From Lama guanicoe (Eukaryota), in NCBI GenBank assembly GCA_013239625.1, contig MU053561.1, positions 746,826-810,825 of the forward strand: a stretch of DNA of 64,000 nucleotides, read 5' to 3'. The notes below the pieces were generated by a model, which was not told the DNA's origin, did not search any database, and saw only the letters and a list, made by a program, of their open reading frames with translations. The first letter of the stretch is position 1; each line of letters begins with the position of its first letter. Positions 49,891 through 63,689 of this stretch are shown piece after piece. Both the position numbers and the translations under genes were made by a program.

Positions 49891-52800
49891 AATGACAGAA
49901 CAACTTGGCAACTTCAGGGGGAAAATACAAAAGGTGTATCAACCTCAACCAAATTCTAGGCCAAAGTCACTGTGTTTTACTGACCTAGATTTCATGACCA
50001 GCCCTGAACACTGAAGGAAATTGTTAGGTATCCCTGACTCTGCCCTGGAGTGGATCTGAAGCCTCAGAAGTAGTTGGAGATCCTTCTGGACCTCCAGTGG
50101 GTCTTCTGGACTGGATCAAGTGTAAGATTAAAAACTAAGCCATACGTCCTCTCTTTCCCTCCATCCCCACTCTACCCTCCCTCTGCTGAAGACAATCTCA
50201 CCGGTGCCCAGGAGCACTCAGTGCCTCTCTGATCGTGTTGCCCTCTATCTTCCCCAGCCAACTGCATCCCACTTGTCCTTGGGTCCTTTAGCCCCTTCCC
50301 TGTGGCCATGAACCTCATTCCTCACTCATGTCTGACTCCTATGGCACTCATCTATCTGGCTTATTTGGGTCCCAGTAATTTCCTGCATGTTAATTGTATT
50401 TCTCAGAGAGCAAGGAACTCTGCAAAGGCAGGCCAAACACCTATTCCAGAGGATTCAACTGTGCTATGAATCCCTGCTGCCTGCTATGTGAGGAGGTGCA
50501 GGATTTTACTCTGATATTTTGTTGTCTCTTTAGAAAAAAATTGTTAGTGCCTGTGATGGGTTGAGAGAAGCTAGCCATGTATTACAAAAGACCTTAAAAG
50601 AAAACGTAGAATAATACATACCAGGTATTGTCTAGATGTTTATTTTAAATAATTATTCCCTAGGTGTTAATGTTAAACCCTCTTCTGTCTTCACAGAGGG
50701 CACCACTCCTTTGACACAGGTCTTAGAAAGGAAGAGTTCTTCCATCCTGGGTAGTTGTAGGGCCCAGCCCCACCCAGATTTGAAGCCAGTCTGACGAAGA
50801 CTCATGTTTTTCCAGGGGCTCAGACCCTTACCTGGTAGGTCTGGAATCTGTCTTGTTGCTATCCATCTGCACCATATTCGGTGTCCGTGGTACTGAGCTG
50901 TACAAGCCACAGCTATCCCTTTCTGCCATCAGAGGGCCTGATTCATGTGTCTAGGCTTCTCCCTCTGTTTCCTCCTGAATACTTTACTTGTGAGCTGGCT
51001 CTCCGCCTGGAGCCCCAGCCTTAGCCAGCCAGCCTGACTCTCCATTCCCTTCCCATGGCAGGGGAGCAGGGCACTGCCAGCCAAAAGGCTCCTTGTCCCA
51101 GTGCTCTTATGGGACAAACTTCAGTTTGCTGAAGATTAAGGCCAAGATCAAGGTTAATTCACTGCAGGGAAGTGCTTATAATGGAACAGTGACCCAGAAC
51201 CACAAACCCAGAACCAGGCCCAACGGTATGTTACTATCCTACACTGATAGCTGCCATGTTGATTTATTACATTGGAACTTCTTGATAGCAATGGCTTGAA
51301 TCAAGTTTGAATTCATGACCCCTTTGGGCCCTGGGCACTGGGGAGTTGGGCTTCTTTCTAGAGGATGAGCTCCTGAGCCAGCACTGATTCCAGCTTTTCA
51401 TCCTTTGCCTCCAGCCCCTACCACAGAATCCTACACAGCTTGGTGTCAATCCCTCTGAGACTAGATTTTCTAAGGTTTTCCTTCAGGGACACCAGAGCTA
51501 AAAAATAAATCTGGGAAAGTGTGGGAGAACACACCAATCCTTGCATGTTACCTGGAGGTTCCCGCCTTAGCACACCACCAAGTTAAGAGTCCTTTAATGG
51601 AGTTCCAGGAGCTGCCACCGGCTCGTCAAAACAGGGTGCCCTGGTATGGTTCTCCAGCCCTCGCTCCCCTAACGCTGTCATTTCCAACTAAGAAAGTTTT
51701 TCTTCGGTGTGCCTGTTTGCCAAAACTCATATAAATCAGAGGGCACACTTTGCAAGACTTAGATTTGATTAATCTTAAAAAATTTAGAAGCTGCATGAGT
51801 GGGGTTTGAGAGTAAGTGTGCAAAGATGTTGAGGAACAGCCTCCCCACAGCCTTCAGATTGAGATGGATGAGGAGAAATACCAGGTTTGAGCTGCCCATA
51901 ATTGAAAAAGTGTGTGCCCCAAATATCATATTTATCCTCCACTTCTCCAAGAGCCATAACTCTAAGGCCTTCCGTTAGAACCTCAATAAAGTGAACGTCT
52001 TCAGCGTTCAGGGTCCCGGATACTTTCGGCATTTATGATACTTACAGGACAGGGTTAGGAATGCTGAGGATAAAAGGTATTGTGGGGGAGGAGGGGGTCC
52101 ATTCCCTAAAGGGCTGGGACTCCTAGGCTTCCCTGAGAAAGCAGCACAAAACTGTAGATGAGTAGCATTTGTGAGTGAGGGAACAATAGGAGGGGTGTGA
52201 ACCACACAAATCCAGTCTGCTAACCCTTGGAGGCTGTGCCCAGAGCAGCCACAGGAGTCCTCCCAGAAGGCGCTCAGGGCACAGAGATGCTAAGTGCCCA
52301 GCTCTGGGGTCTCCATTCACACTCCGTTCTACAGAAGTGAACGTGGTTCCTGAAGTTGTGCAACATGCTGGCTGTGAGCAGCAGAAGCCACAGGCGAGAT
52401 CAAAATGGGGGCCTCAGGGGCAGGATCCTAGGTCTGCCCTCTCTAAGCCCTGAAATTGTGCCAGGAACACCTTCAGAAGAGGCTGAGGGATGGCATTCCT
52501 ACAAGCATTCAGCAAACGCTGAACACCTGCTCTGTGCCAAGTCTTGGGCACAGAGTTGTGAGGAATGCAAATATGTACGAAAAACATTCACCCATCTGAG
52601 GGTGCACACGGGGTTGGACTGCAGTCTTACCTGGCCACGACTGCTGCCAGACCACCACTTCAGTGTGCCAACACTTAATGTGCTGCTCGCTCCCTGACCA
52701 CCCATCCCCATCTTGTCCATTTCACCCATCCCTGTCCCTTTAACTCTTCTAGTTTAAACCGACATAGTGCAGACCCCAACATAGAAACAACTATAGATTA

Positions 52801-53419
52801 GACCTTGGACTTCAAATCTCTCCAGAAAATTAACTGTTTTTTGCTTCCTTTGGAATACTTAACTGTTGACCTTTAAAAGTTCTAGTGTTTCGTGTGAGTG
52901 TGTTTGTATTCACACCCATCACCTGTACACAAATCATTCACAGGAGACATTTCTACTTAAGCACAGGCCCAAGGCTACAAAACCAACTTTTAATGTGTAT
53001 TATAAGTTAAACCTAAATATTAAAAAGTTCGCAAGAACCTTACCATGAGATTTTATTTTCCTTACAATTCTGTTGCATTTGAGCAAGGGTCATGCATAAT
53101 AGCTAATGAAGAGTGCCATGTTAGAAAAGGTAAAGGGGCTGATTCTTCTTGTTTAGATTTCTGAAGGTAGAATGCAGGGCCTAAAGAGATGGTGTCAATT
53201 AGCATGATATTCTGACCACTCATTGGAGCTGGTGGAGTTGGTAACACAAAGAATGAAGGGGTAAATTAATCAACACCTGAGCCAGTGTGAGGCTCACAAG
53301 AGGGCAGCACATCCACACTCCCTGGGGGACCACACAGAGTACAGCGTCCCAGGCTTCCCTGGGGTCCTGAGTGGACAGGTCTGGGGGTGATTTGGATGCA
53401 GATGGTCAGGGGACCAGAC

Positions 53420-53553
53420 TGAGAAACTCACACGCTCGTTGAAAACCTGCTGACCAATCGTGCACCTCCGTGAAGGGCATGCAGGGGATCGTTTGCTCAT
53501 TTTTGCAACTTACTCATAGGTTTAAATTTTCGTAAAACAGAAAAAAACAAAAA
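53420..53553 (+). mobile_element. Old L1 (L1MC/ME-like) 3' terminus
   Basis: gtgaagggcatgcagggg...tttttgcaacttactcataggtttaaatttt...aaaaaa. Confidence 0.45.
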
Positions 53554-55354
53554 CCCATCCTTTCACTCCGTGCCTAATTATCTAAGCACCCCCACATCTC
53601 AGAAACATAAGCAAATAAGACAAAGCGGGGCTGGAATTTACCTCCAGCTCCCAGTTCTTGGCTCAGTCTGGACTGATGTATGCCTTGAAATTCTTCTACA
53701 CTTGTTGAAAAGCCACACAGGGGATGCTTAGTTAGAAGCCTAGCCACTTCAGATCAGGCCAGATGACAGACTGACAGCAGACAGTAAGGGGTACTTTTGT
53801 CCTGGCCCCTCCAAAGGACAGAAGCGGGTCCTGCCAGGTCCACAGGTGTAGATGCATTTTTCCCAGTGGGTAAGGAGCTACAGTCCGAAATTCTTTTCCT
53901 AGGGGCTAAGGACCCAACATCTGTGACTGATTAGAGCTAATATCTCATTTCTAATTCCACTGATTTCATGAAAAGAGCAAGTCTCAAAGACCATGGCTAT
54001 TCTGAGCAATTTCAACTCCTCCCCCACTGTGCTCACTGCCTCCAAGAGAGGGAGGAGGTGGCCAGCAGGGACTCTGTCAGACATGGGCAGTGAGGATTCC
54101 TGCCCTTCTCTAAGTGTCGGTGGGGCACGGTGTCCAAAGCACACGCCTGCAGTCAGAGCAACACAAACCCATGCATGGGTCTCTCCTGTCTCCCATTTTT
54201 CCTATTTCCAAGCCACAGCTGCGGCAGAGCCACCATTCATAATGAGACAGCTCCTTTCTGGGCCCAAGAGCTCTCTGACTTCTCCATCCCAAATGCAAGT
54301 CCTTCTCCTGAGCCCTTTCATCTTCTTGTGGTTTGGTAGGAAACCCTTCCCATGGCCTTCCTTTTTGTTACCATAGGAGATAAAGGCAAAGCTTGGGTCT
54401 CATCCATGCAAACAAGAGTTTAGTCTGCAGAGTGGATGTTTCAGTGCAAACATAACAACATCTCGGGAGGTTTGATCCTTGTACTCCTCCAGGCAGAACT
54501 GAGGAACAAAGAGAGCTGGGCGTGCCCAGTCAGCCCTTCCGAGCTGCGTGGGGCTCCACACAGCACCTTGCTGGACTTCCCTGTGGTGGCCTCAGGGAGG
54601 GTCTGTTAAGCTGAATTGACTTAATCACACGGAACCTCCCTCAGTATTCTAAAGGTGTAGCCAGCCCTCATTTCTGGGAGGCCCTGTGGTTTCCCAGACG
54701 ATGCCTCAGACCCAGAACAAATGACCTGATGTCTAGTTCCAGCACTGCCCCCAAGTAGCTGTGTGATCTCAGACAGGTCTCTGGACTTCTCTAAGTTTCG
54801 CTTTCTGCATCAGTCGGACCAACCGCCGTTAACCAGAATTACTAAATGTTTTCTACAACCTCTTCAAGGTCTAAAGAGGTATAAATAAAGATCTGAGTCT
54901 ATGCCTTAAGTAAAAATGTCCACCAAGTTGACAAAGGCCGCCATATATTTCTGTTCTGGTCTCTATTCTTCGAGCTTTGAAAACAGATCAAGTTAAATGC
55001 AACCTCATGGCTCACATTCATACGGCAAAAATCAGAGCCCCCAAAGCCAGCAATGGGGATAAAATGATGATAAATGGAAACTAACTTTATCATCCAAAAA
55101 CACCCCCTCAAACTCTGAAGAAATATCGATAATAATTCTCCATCTGCTGAATAAATCAGAACAAGACTGGAGATCCTACCCAACAGCGCTTGAGCATGGA
55201 GGACAGCCAGTAAAGTACTAGGGTTTCATGAAAACTGATCTCAGGAGGACTGACATAAATAAAACATGTCAAAGTTTTAAAGAGGAAGATGAAAATAAAA
55301 GGGACAGCAGAAGTGTTTTCTGTTTATTATTATCCTCACTGTAAAGAACTTTTG

Positions 55355-55520
55355 TAGAAAGAGCACAGGTCTCGGGATCAAGGTGCCTGCCTTCCAATCT
55401 GGTCTGTACCACTGATTCCCATCTAAACTTTAAGATCATTTCACCTCTCTACACAGGCTAGTTCGCTCGGCGATTGTGAGGAGCAAATAAAAAATTAAAT
55501 CAAACATGTAAAAGTTCTTT
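55355..55520 (+). mobile_element. MIR
   Basis: gtagaaagagcacagg...tcatttcacctctct...ttgtgaggagcaaat. Confidence 0.6.
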
Positions 55521-57037
55521 GGGGAAAAAAGTGCTAAAAACTTAAAATGCTATATGAATAAACTGCATGGTTAATTACAGGTAATGACAGTGGAGTAACT
55601 CCTCCAAGTACTACAGTGAAAGAGCTGTGGGAGGCAGTGGCTGCTTTAGGGCACCCCCTGCAGGTTGGCCCAGATGTTGGCACCAGGCTAGAGCCCTGAC
55701 TTCCAGTCCTATAGGAACTTTTCAGGGGATCTGAGCTCATCTTGGGCTATGCGGTGAGACCTGTGGTGGCGAATGAGTGAGGGGGAAGCTAAGTGAGAAA
55801 GCTCAGTTTAGTCTTTACTGCCAAGATTCCTACAATGCTATTATTAAGGCCCACCGGGGTCCCCTCCCCACCGACAAGTCCCAGATCTGTTGGATAGGGC
55901 CTAGATTTTTAAAAGTGAGGCTGTTAGTTACACTGGCCTCTCATTGTCTTCAATTTAAATACTCTGGGGGAGAGTCCTGGTTCTCCCAAAATCCTCTCAA
56001 AGTGCGGCATGGCTCTGGGTGGCAGACGGTCAGTTATCACCTGGGGTGTGAGAGCTCAGGTTAGGGGATCTCCACCAGTTTGTAGAACTGTTGTCTTATG
56101 ACAGATTCTTGGTGCCTCCAGTGAATATCTGTCATGTTCCCTACCCCCAAACACTGGAATAAATGTAGTCTACAGTCTAAATGACTAATCAGCCATAGAA
56201 ATAGACCAAAGTATCTTCTGAGGCTAAAGTAAGAACAGCTGTAATGATTGTAGTACATAGTTGGCAACTCAAACTGGGATAAGTCCAATAATTTATAGGT
56301 ATCTCTGCATGTTTACATAAATGTGGTCAAATGCCAGGATTGCTAGCATGTACCATATGGAAAATAAAACCATTCTTTTTTGGGGGGGTACTCTCTTAGA
56401 TATTCTATCTGGGAAAGAACTTGAAAATACATGGCATAGAAAGAGGGCACGCAGTCTTAGCTACGTATAATAACTTGGCGGAGTTTAACACCACAAAAAA
56501 GTCTCTGTTTTAAAAACGGTGTTTTCCAACTTTCTCCTCTTCTTTCTTCTTCTTACCCAGACCCTGAGCAGCGGATGCTGATGAAATGTCTGAAGCTGCT
56601 GCTACAGAGACACACACTGTTATCCCCAGGTGTCTGGGGTTGTGCAGGGTGGAGGGGGTGTGCACAGGAGTGTCAGAGGCTGTATTTGACTTTCTAACAT
56701 GAATGCAGGGTACAGGGATCCTCAAAGAGAAAGAAAAGGAGATTGAACTATCACATGCCTTGTCAGCCAGGATATGGCCGATTTCCACAGATTTTAGGGG
56801 AAGAAAGTGGTGTTACTTGCACAGAATAGGTATTTCAAAGAATCATAGAATTTCAGCATGAGACAGAAATTTAAGAATCATTGTATTTCACAGGTGAAAA
56901 ACTGTTCCCCAAAGAGGTAAAGTTGCTTATTTGAAATGTATTCGTATCGGAGCCATGGCTTCCCCCTTGAAAATACGTATAAAGAGAAAAAATAAGTGAA
57001 AGAGAAAGAGGCAAAGGAAGGAAGATATTGGTTTTGC

Positions 57038-57125
57038 AGAGAGAGAGACAGACACAGAGACAGAGACAGATACAAAGAGACAGAGAAAGAATAAAGAAAA
57101 AACTAAGAGACTTGAGAAAGAGAAG
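57038..57125. repeat. GA-rich simple repeat
   Basis: gagagagagacagacacagagacagagacagata. Confidence 0.8.
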
Positions 57126-58924
57126 AGGCCGTCTTGTAGGACGGCAGAAGACAGAGTAGTTGTTGCACAAATATGAGAAAATGCCATGGTATATACTTAA
57201 TAATATCCCCCACTTCCCTTTCTTGATTTCTTCTGTATAATGAACCAACCCTCCGACTTACCAGAGGTGATATCTTGGAAGAATCCAGATTTCCAGGCAA
57301 TTCCTAGCATTGGAAAGTATGCCACCAGCTTTAACAAATAGATCTTAGTCCAATTTGGACCGTGTCTGGAAGGGACCCAAGAAATCATCTTTTCATTTTT
57401 TTTGATTCTTGCAGTTTTTTCCCCCTCAGCCACACCTAAACCATTCCAGAGAGATGAAATTCTCTAGTGATTCTATTCCCAGAAGGAAACTGGCTGCCTT
57501 AAAGCATCTGGCCTGGTGCCCTCATGTTGTCACAGCTCATAGCTCATCTTTCTCCGTGCCCTGGGCAGCTGATCTGAATATAGAGTTTACGGTGAACTTC
57601 AAAGGAAGCTGGCAGGATGGAGTTGGGGCCTCGCTGCTTTAATCAAGATAGATTCAAAACCCTTGCTTATCAAATGTAAAACTAAAACCAGCAATGGAGA
57701 ACTAATTGACACTGACGAAAAAGGAAATGGCAATCGAAAAGGTGCAGGAAGCTCAATAAAATTATATTTAAAGTGGTAATAACCCTCCTTGCAGGGGATG
57801 ATAGATCAGGTTGATTTCTCGCCTCCATAAATAACGGAATAGGATAGCCTCCTATGTGGTATGAGGGATACAGGGAAATGTGCAAATGCTCAGAAACATT
57901 GTTTCCTCCCGCGTGTTGTGGTAATGACATTCCTCCCTCCCTGAGTCTGGGGGCTTCCTGTTTAAGCTTCTTTGGCCAGTGGTGGAAGCTGCACTACTGG
58001 TCACTACCCCATGACTCTGTACCTCAAAGGAACATCACTCGATGCTCCACCTCAGGCTCTCCTTCACATGGGGACCATCCGCGTGGAATGAATCAGACGT
58101 TGACTCAGGTTCTAAGTTGTTTTCCCCTAAGTTGGTCCCCTTCAGGAAGGCACTGAGTCTGGTACATAGTAGGTGCTCAAAGATGTCTGTTGAGTAAATG
58201 AGGGGAGAAGCAGCTAATCGATCCTTCCTGTAACCTCACCCCAGGACCCAGCACAATACTGAGCACATGGATAATATCTGAGCCTTGTTCACAACATATA
58301 TTGCCCGAGGGACAAGATAGCATCCTTACGACTCTCTCTAGGCAAAGAAGTTTTTTATGCCCTTCCCTGAGAAAATACTGAGAGCTCCTCGGAAGCCTTT
58401 CAGTACCAGAGTAGGAAGAAGAATCTGGGAAGAAGGAAGGCAGATAGGGGGAGAGGTGTCTAGAGCCAGTCCTGGCCATGAATGTCTCACCAACTCTCAC
58501 AAACTTTTTCACCTACTAATTTTTTTTTTTTGGTTCTCACCTCCTTCTAAGATAAAGAAACATGATTTCTAGGACCTCACTTCCCTGACCCTCTTATAGA
58601 TATCAAAGGAAGAATTGTTCAAAAATAGGACCCAAAGAGAAAAATAAGTACTAACAGATTGGGTGTTTTTGATTCTCCCTCAGGGAGTTTTTTCAAATTA
58701 CACAAAGAAAAATATCACCTCCTTTCCCAGCCTGCTCCCACTCCAAGTCTGCTGCTGCTTCTGCTATTTTGTTGTCCCTTCCAAGTAAAGATGTGGTCAA
58801 GGGGAAGGTATGCAGAATACTCTAGGACTTGTGTATTCTAAGGGGACAGAGGAGAAGCAAAAAGAAGAAAACTAGAGAGAACTAGTAACAAAGGCAAATC
58901 TCTCCAGGAACATGCACGGGATTT

Positions 58925-60005
58925 TCAAAAATACTTTCCAAAGAAGATACATAAGTATTCAATAAGCACATGGAAAGATGCTCAACATCATCAGTAAGCA
59001 GAGAAATGCATATCAAAACCACGATGAGGTACCACTTCATGCTCACTAAGGTGGCTAAAATTAAAAAGACAGAAAATAACAAGTGTTGATGAGGATCTGG
59101 AGAAACTGGGACCTTTGCATACTGCTAGTTGGACTATAAAATGGTGCAACTTCTTTGAAAACAGTTTGGCAGTTCCTTAAAAAATTAAACATAGATTTAT
59201 ATGGCACAGCAATTCCACTAAGTAGATACTCAAGAGAGCTAAAAACATATATACACATAAACATTTGTACACATAAACATTTGTACACAAATGTTCATAG
59301 AAGCCCTATTCATAATAACCAAAAGATGGAACAATTCAAATGTCCATCAGCTGATGTGCAGATAAAATGGTCTATGTTATTTAGCCAAAAAAGGAATGAA
59401 GTATTAATATATGCTACAACATGGATGAATCTTGAATAGATGGTAAGTGAAAAAAGCTGGGTACAAAAGTCTCCATATTGTATGATCCAGTTATACAAAA
59501 TGTCCAGAATAGGAAAACAAAGAAGCAGAAAATAGACTAGTGGTTGTCTGGGGCTGGGGAGAAGGGATAATGCAGACTCCTAAGGGGTCAGTGTTTCTGT
59601 TAGGAGTAATGAAAACTTTCTAGAATTAGTAGTAATAGCTACAAAATATATTAAATATTTTTTGAATACGTTAAAAACCACTGAGTTGTACACTTTAAAA
59701 TGGTAAATTAAAAGATTTTTTTGATTGAAGTATAGTCAGTTTACAATGTTGCATGAATTTCTGGTGTACAGCATAATGTTTCAGTCATACATATACATAC
59801 ATATATTCCTTTTCATATTGTTTTTCATTATAAGTTACTAGAAGATTTTGAATATAGTTCCCTGTGCTATACAATAGGAACCTGTTGTTTATTTTATATA
59901 TAGTAGTTAGTATCTGCAAATCTCAAACTCCCAATTTATCCCTTCCCACACCTAAAAGGGTAAATTGTACGGTATGTGAATTATATATCAATAAAAAATT
60001 TAAAA
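58925..60005 (+). mobile_element. L1MB-like 3' end, interrupted at 59710-59952
   Basis: caataagcacatggaaagatgctcaacatca...gaaacagtttggcagttccttaaaaaattaaacataga...gtatgtgaattatatatcaataaa. Confidence 0.9.
59715..59952 (-). mobile_element. Younger L1 3' end nested antisense in L1MB
   Basis: ttttttgattgaagtatagtcagtttacaatgtt...; flanking direct repeat taaaa[t/g]ggtaaatt at 59696-59709 and 59953-59966. Confidence 0.88.
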
Positions 60006-60614
60006 AAGTATTTGGTATTGCTCAAAGGTTATTTAGGACCCTGCCAGGGACTCTAATGTCAACTTGAAAAGTTTTCCTAATTACAAAGAGCACCAACTGC
60101 CTCACCCCTCATCCTCCAACTCCAATCCCAGTGCAGCCTCGATCCATAATCCCTAGCAAGCTACTCCTAACGTAAAAAAGTAGGAGAGACATCAATCAGC
60201 ATTTAAAGGTGAGTTGAGACACACCTGACATTTGCAGACATTCTCTGTAAGGGGGTGGGGAGGCGGTTGGACAGAAAAACAGAAATAATGGAAGACAAAC
60301 TGTCAAATCCCAAGAAGGGATCACATACTGAGTATAAAAGAAAAGCAATGTCTCCAGAGAACCCTCTTTTGAAACCCTCTCCAAGTGTTGACCATACATT
60401 AGTGTGGCCAGCATAATCGCTTTCGGTACAAATGTAGTTGATGGAAGATGGAAGGTCAGCTCTGAGCAAATGCGAGACTTGGCTGCCTGCTGGGCCCCTG
60501 CCTGGGTTCCCACTTTTCTGGCTTAACCTCCCCCTTTCTGTCTCCTAGGATGTGTGACAACCTCTGAAGGGATGTCAGCGTACTGCATGATGAGTTGCTT
60601 ATTTAACTGCTTAT

Positions 60615-61430
60615 AAAGCTAACTCTGAAAAACCCAATTGATTGTCTTTCGAAGATGCTAGGGAACCAACTTTTTTTTTTTTGAAAATACCTTTTATCTC
60701 GTCTTTTCTATGCAAACTGTACCTCTGAAGAAAACAAAAATGACATGGGTACTTAATTAGAATATTTTAACAAATTCATAAGGAAAGAATAAAACAATTG
60801 GGATGTCAGTGTAATCTTAATGCATTAACAAACAGAGTAATGGAGGACTACTAATGACTACTAATATTACAAGGAGAGACATTGCCTCCTGATGAAGAAC
60901 ACTTCATCACCCATGAGGCTGTCACGACCAAAACTAAAAAAAAAAAGGACCTGAATTGCATAAGTGGAACATAGAGGCTGGAGGAACAGACTAAGCTTCG
61001 CTCTGGGAAAGCAATCAGGGAAATCCAGACTGTAGGAAACTCTACAGAAAAGTGATCCAGTTTCTTCATTAAGTGAATTGTAAGGAAAAATAAGAAGATG
61101 GAGGGGAAAACTTATGGATTAAAAGATGTTTAAAAGATAACTTAAAAAAAAAGCAGGTAAAACTAAACTAGTATTTAGGAACATACACTTAGGTGATAAG
61201 ACTGAAGGAAAGTGGGAAGTGGTTACACGTAGTGGTTACTCTAGTGGGGAGAGAGGGGTGGTGGCTGAGAGGGGGGCATTTAGGGGGCATTTGGGGTGAC
61301 TAGAAAAGTTTTCTTATTGTGGGCAGTGTTTACGAGAGTGCCAGCCTTAAAGCAGCCTTATTTTAACCTGAACATTTGTTTTTTATGGTTTTCTGTCACT
61401 TAACAATAAAAAAGATTTTAAAATAAAAAT
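60615..61430 (+). mobile_element. Old L1 (L1MC-like) 3' region
   Basis: gatgctagggaaccaact; aaatccagactgtaggaaactctacag...ccagtttcttca; ggattaaaagatgtttaaaaga. Confidence 0.6.
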
Positions 61431-62409
61431 TAAGTTAATTAAATAAAGTCAGCTATGCTGGGAGAGATGAGAAACAAAGCCTGGAAGATGGAGAGAGAGA
61501 GATGAAGAAGAGAAAACTGTCATATTTATGACCACACGATGACTTTTTACAGCAAAAGCAGAACCCATTGCTTTATTACAAAGATGATTATTGGAGTCAC
61601 TCAGGACTTCACTCTTTAAAATGCACACTTAATTTGGCCACCTAGAATTCTTGCCATGGAATTACGGTGGAGATGGAAGAGTCAGTAGAGAAGAGACTGA
61701 AACAGAGACTGGCTAGGTGATGGTGTGTGGGGGTTGGAGTAACAGGAAACATCTTGAGGCCACTGTTTGGTAGAAGAAGGCATGTGGCACAGTGTCAGCA
61801 CTGACCCCCATCAGTGAGACACCAGCATCCTCAGGAGCAGCTGGAGAAGTCAGAACCCGTGTGGGGAAGTGTCAGCCGAGTCACAACCTTGGGAGCAGAG
61901 AAGTGAGGCTTCTGTGTCTGCCTGTCCACATGTCTGTCAGCGTGACATTTTGGGTCAATAAATATTCATCAGATGCACCACTGCAGCTGACCTATACCAT
62001 CCCCTCTGCTGCAGGAGAAAATAAACAGGGCTTGTAGGTGCAGCGGACTTCTGCCCTTTTCAGAGATGCCATTGTGCTCTGTGTGTGAGCCAAGAGTTCA
62101 GGCAAATTTTTGCCTCTCTGGGTCCCCTTGGGACTTGCGCATCTAATATCTGGCAAGGACCCAACTCCTTCCCTGTGTGTTGAACAGTAATACAGTGCCG
62201 CCAACATGTCAACTCCGGGAGAATAACATTCAAGGGACGGTTAGTCAATCAGTGAGCAACTCTCTCTGCAACCCACCAACGGGAGGGTTCTCCCAGCATG
62301 CTTTCTTTCTTCCTTCTCTGTGCCCTCGACATCTCTGTCCATACATCTGTTTCAGCTTTTCCTTTCATTGCTATTGTCTATGTTTCTGTCTCCACTGTTA
62401 GACTGGGAG

Positions 62410-63060
62410 CCACTCATTCAATAAACATGTATTGAGCAATTCTTATGTGCAAAGCATTATGTTAAATAAAGTGGCAAACAAAACAGTACCTCATAGACCT
62501 AAGAGGGAGCTATTGAACAAAAATACAAATAAATGCATAATTACACATGTTTTCAGGGCTAAGAAAGAAAAGAAAAAGGTAAGATGAGTGATTTCATAGG
62601 GAGATCTGTTTGATATTGCCACATTAAGGGAAAACTTCAGTGGGAAGGAATAAGTAGGGATTGGCCAGGCTAGGGATGGGGAGTGTGTCGCTGGGCAGGG
62701 AGTATGTCCAGAGCATGAGGGTGAGAGGGTTACTGGGTGCAAACCAGAGGTGGAGAGGTAGGCAGCGCCGTTATCTGAAGAGGCCGGTAGATCTTGATAA
62801 GGATCTTAGATTGTTAACCTACGCACAACGGGAAGGAGAAGACATTTAGAAATGGGGGACCAGCTAGTGGACGAAAGGAGTGATGAAGGAGGTATGGACT
62901 AGAGTGGGGAAGGGAGTGATGAAAAGTCAGCAGATCTGATACGTATCTGGGAGGCAGATTTGGTAGGAATCTTGGGTGGATGTGAGTGGTAAAGGTTCGT
63001 TTCACAACTTATGGGAAGAACATCCAGGTAGGTGAAGTTGCCATTGACTAGCATAGTCCA
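62410..63060 (-). mobile_element. L2 3' portion
   Basis: cactcattcaataaacatgtattgagc...ttatgtgcaaagcattatgtta and downstream antisense L2 motifs. Confidence 0.75.
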
Positions 63061-63162
63061 ACATCCAAGCAATACAAGGGCAGCACACAAGTGCACAAAT
63101 GCTAAAGCATGACTAAACTCATTCATGAATATTGACGGAAAAACTCTGAATTAAAAAAATTA

Positions 63163-63530
63163 GTAAGTCAGACAAAGATAAATGTATGATGTCATTTGTA
63201 TATTGAATCTAACAAAATGATACAAATGAACTTATTACCAAAACAGAAATAGTCTCACAGACATAGAAAATAAATTTATGATTACCAGTGGGGAAAGGGG
63301 AGGTAGGGATAAATTAGGAGTTTGGCATTAATACATATATAACAGATAACCAATAAGGGCCTACTGTATAGCACAGGGAACTATCTTCAATATCTTATAA
63401 TAACCTACAATGGAAAATAGATTTTTACAGATATATGTATATGTATATGTATCTGAATCACTTTCCTATATACCTGGAACATTGTAAATCAACTTCAATT
63501 TTAATACTTTGTAAAATACTTCAATTTTAA
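63163..63530 (+). mobile_element. L1 3' end
   Basis: gtaagtcagacaaagataaat...ctactgtatagcacagggaactat...cattgtaaatcaact. Confidence 0.88.
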
Positions 63531-63689
63531 ACAATGAGTAAATAGAATCCAGTGGTATAATACTAGTAACTTCCATGTATTATTTACCGTGGGTCAGACA
63601 CTACTCTGGTGAAGTTAACTCTTTCATCTCAGACCACAACATAAGTACTATTATTATCTTGTTTTATCGATGGGTGGATTGTGTTTTGG

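Noticed and set aside
51784..52032. Protein-like minus-strand ORF MPKVSGTLNAEDVHFIEVLTEGL...
   Set aside because: It has a true ATG and plausible composition, but I cannot assign a family and see no poly(A), TSD or splice support. A BLASTX or tBLASTn hit would be needed.
61245..61296. G-quadruplex-like G-runs
   Set aside because: They lie within the G-rich tract of an old L1 3' UTR, with no evidence of a specific function.
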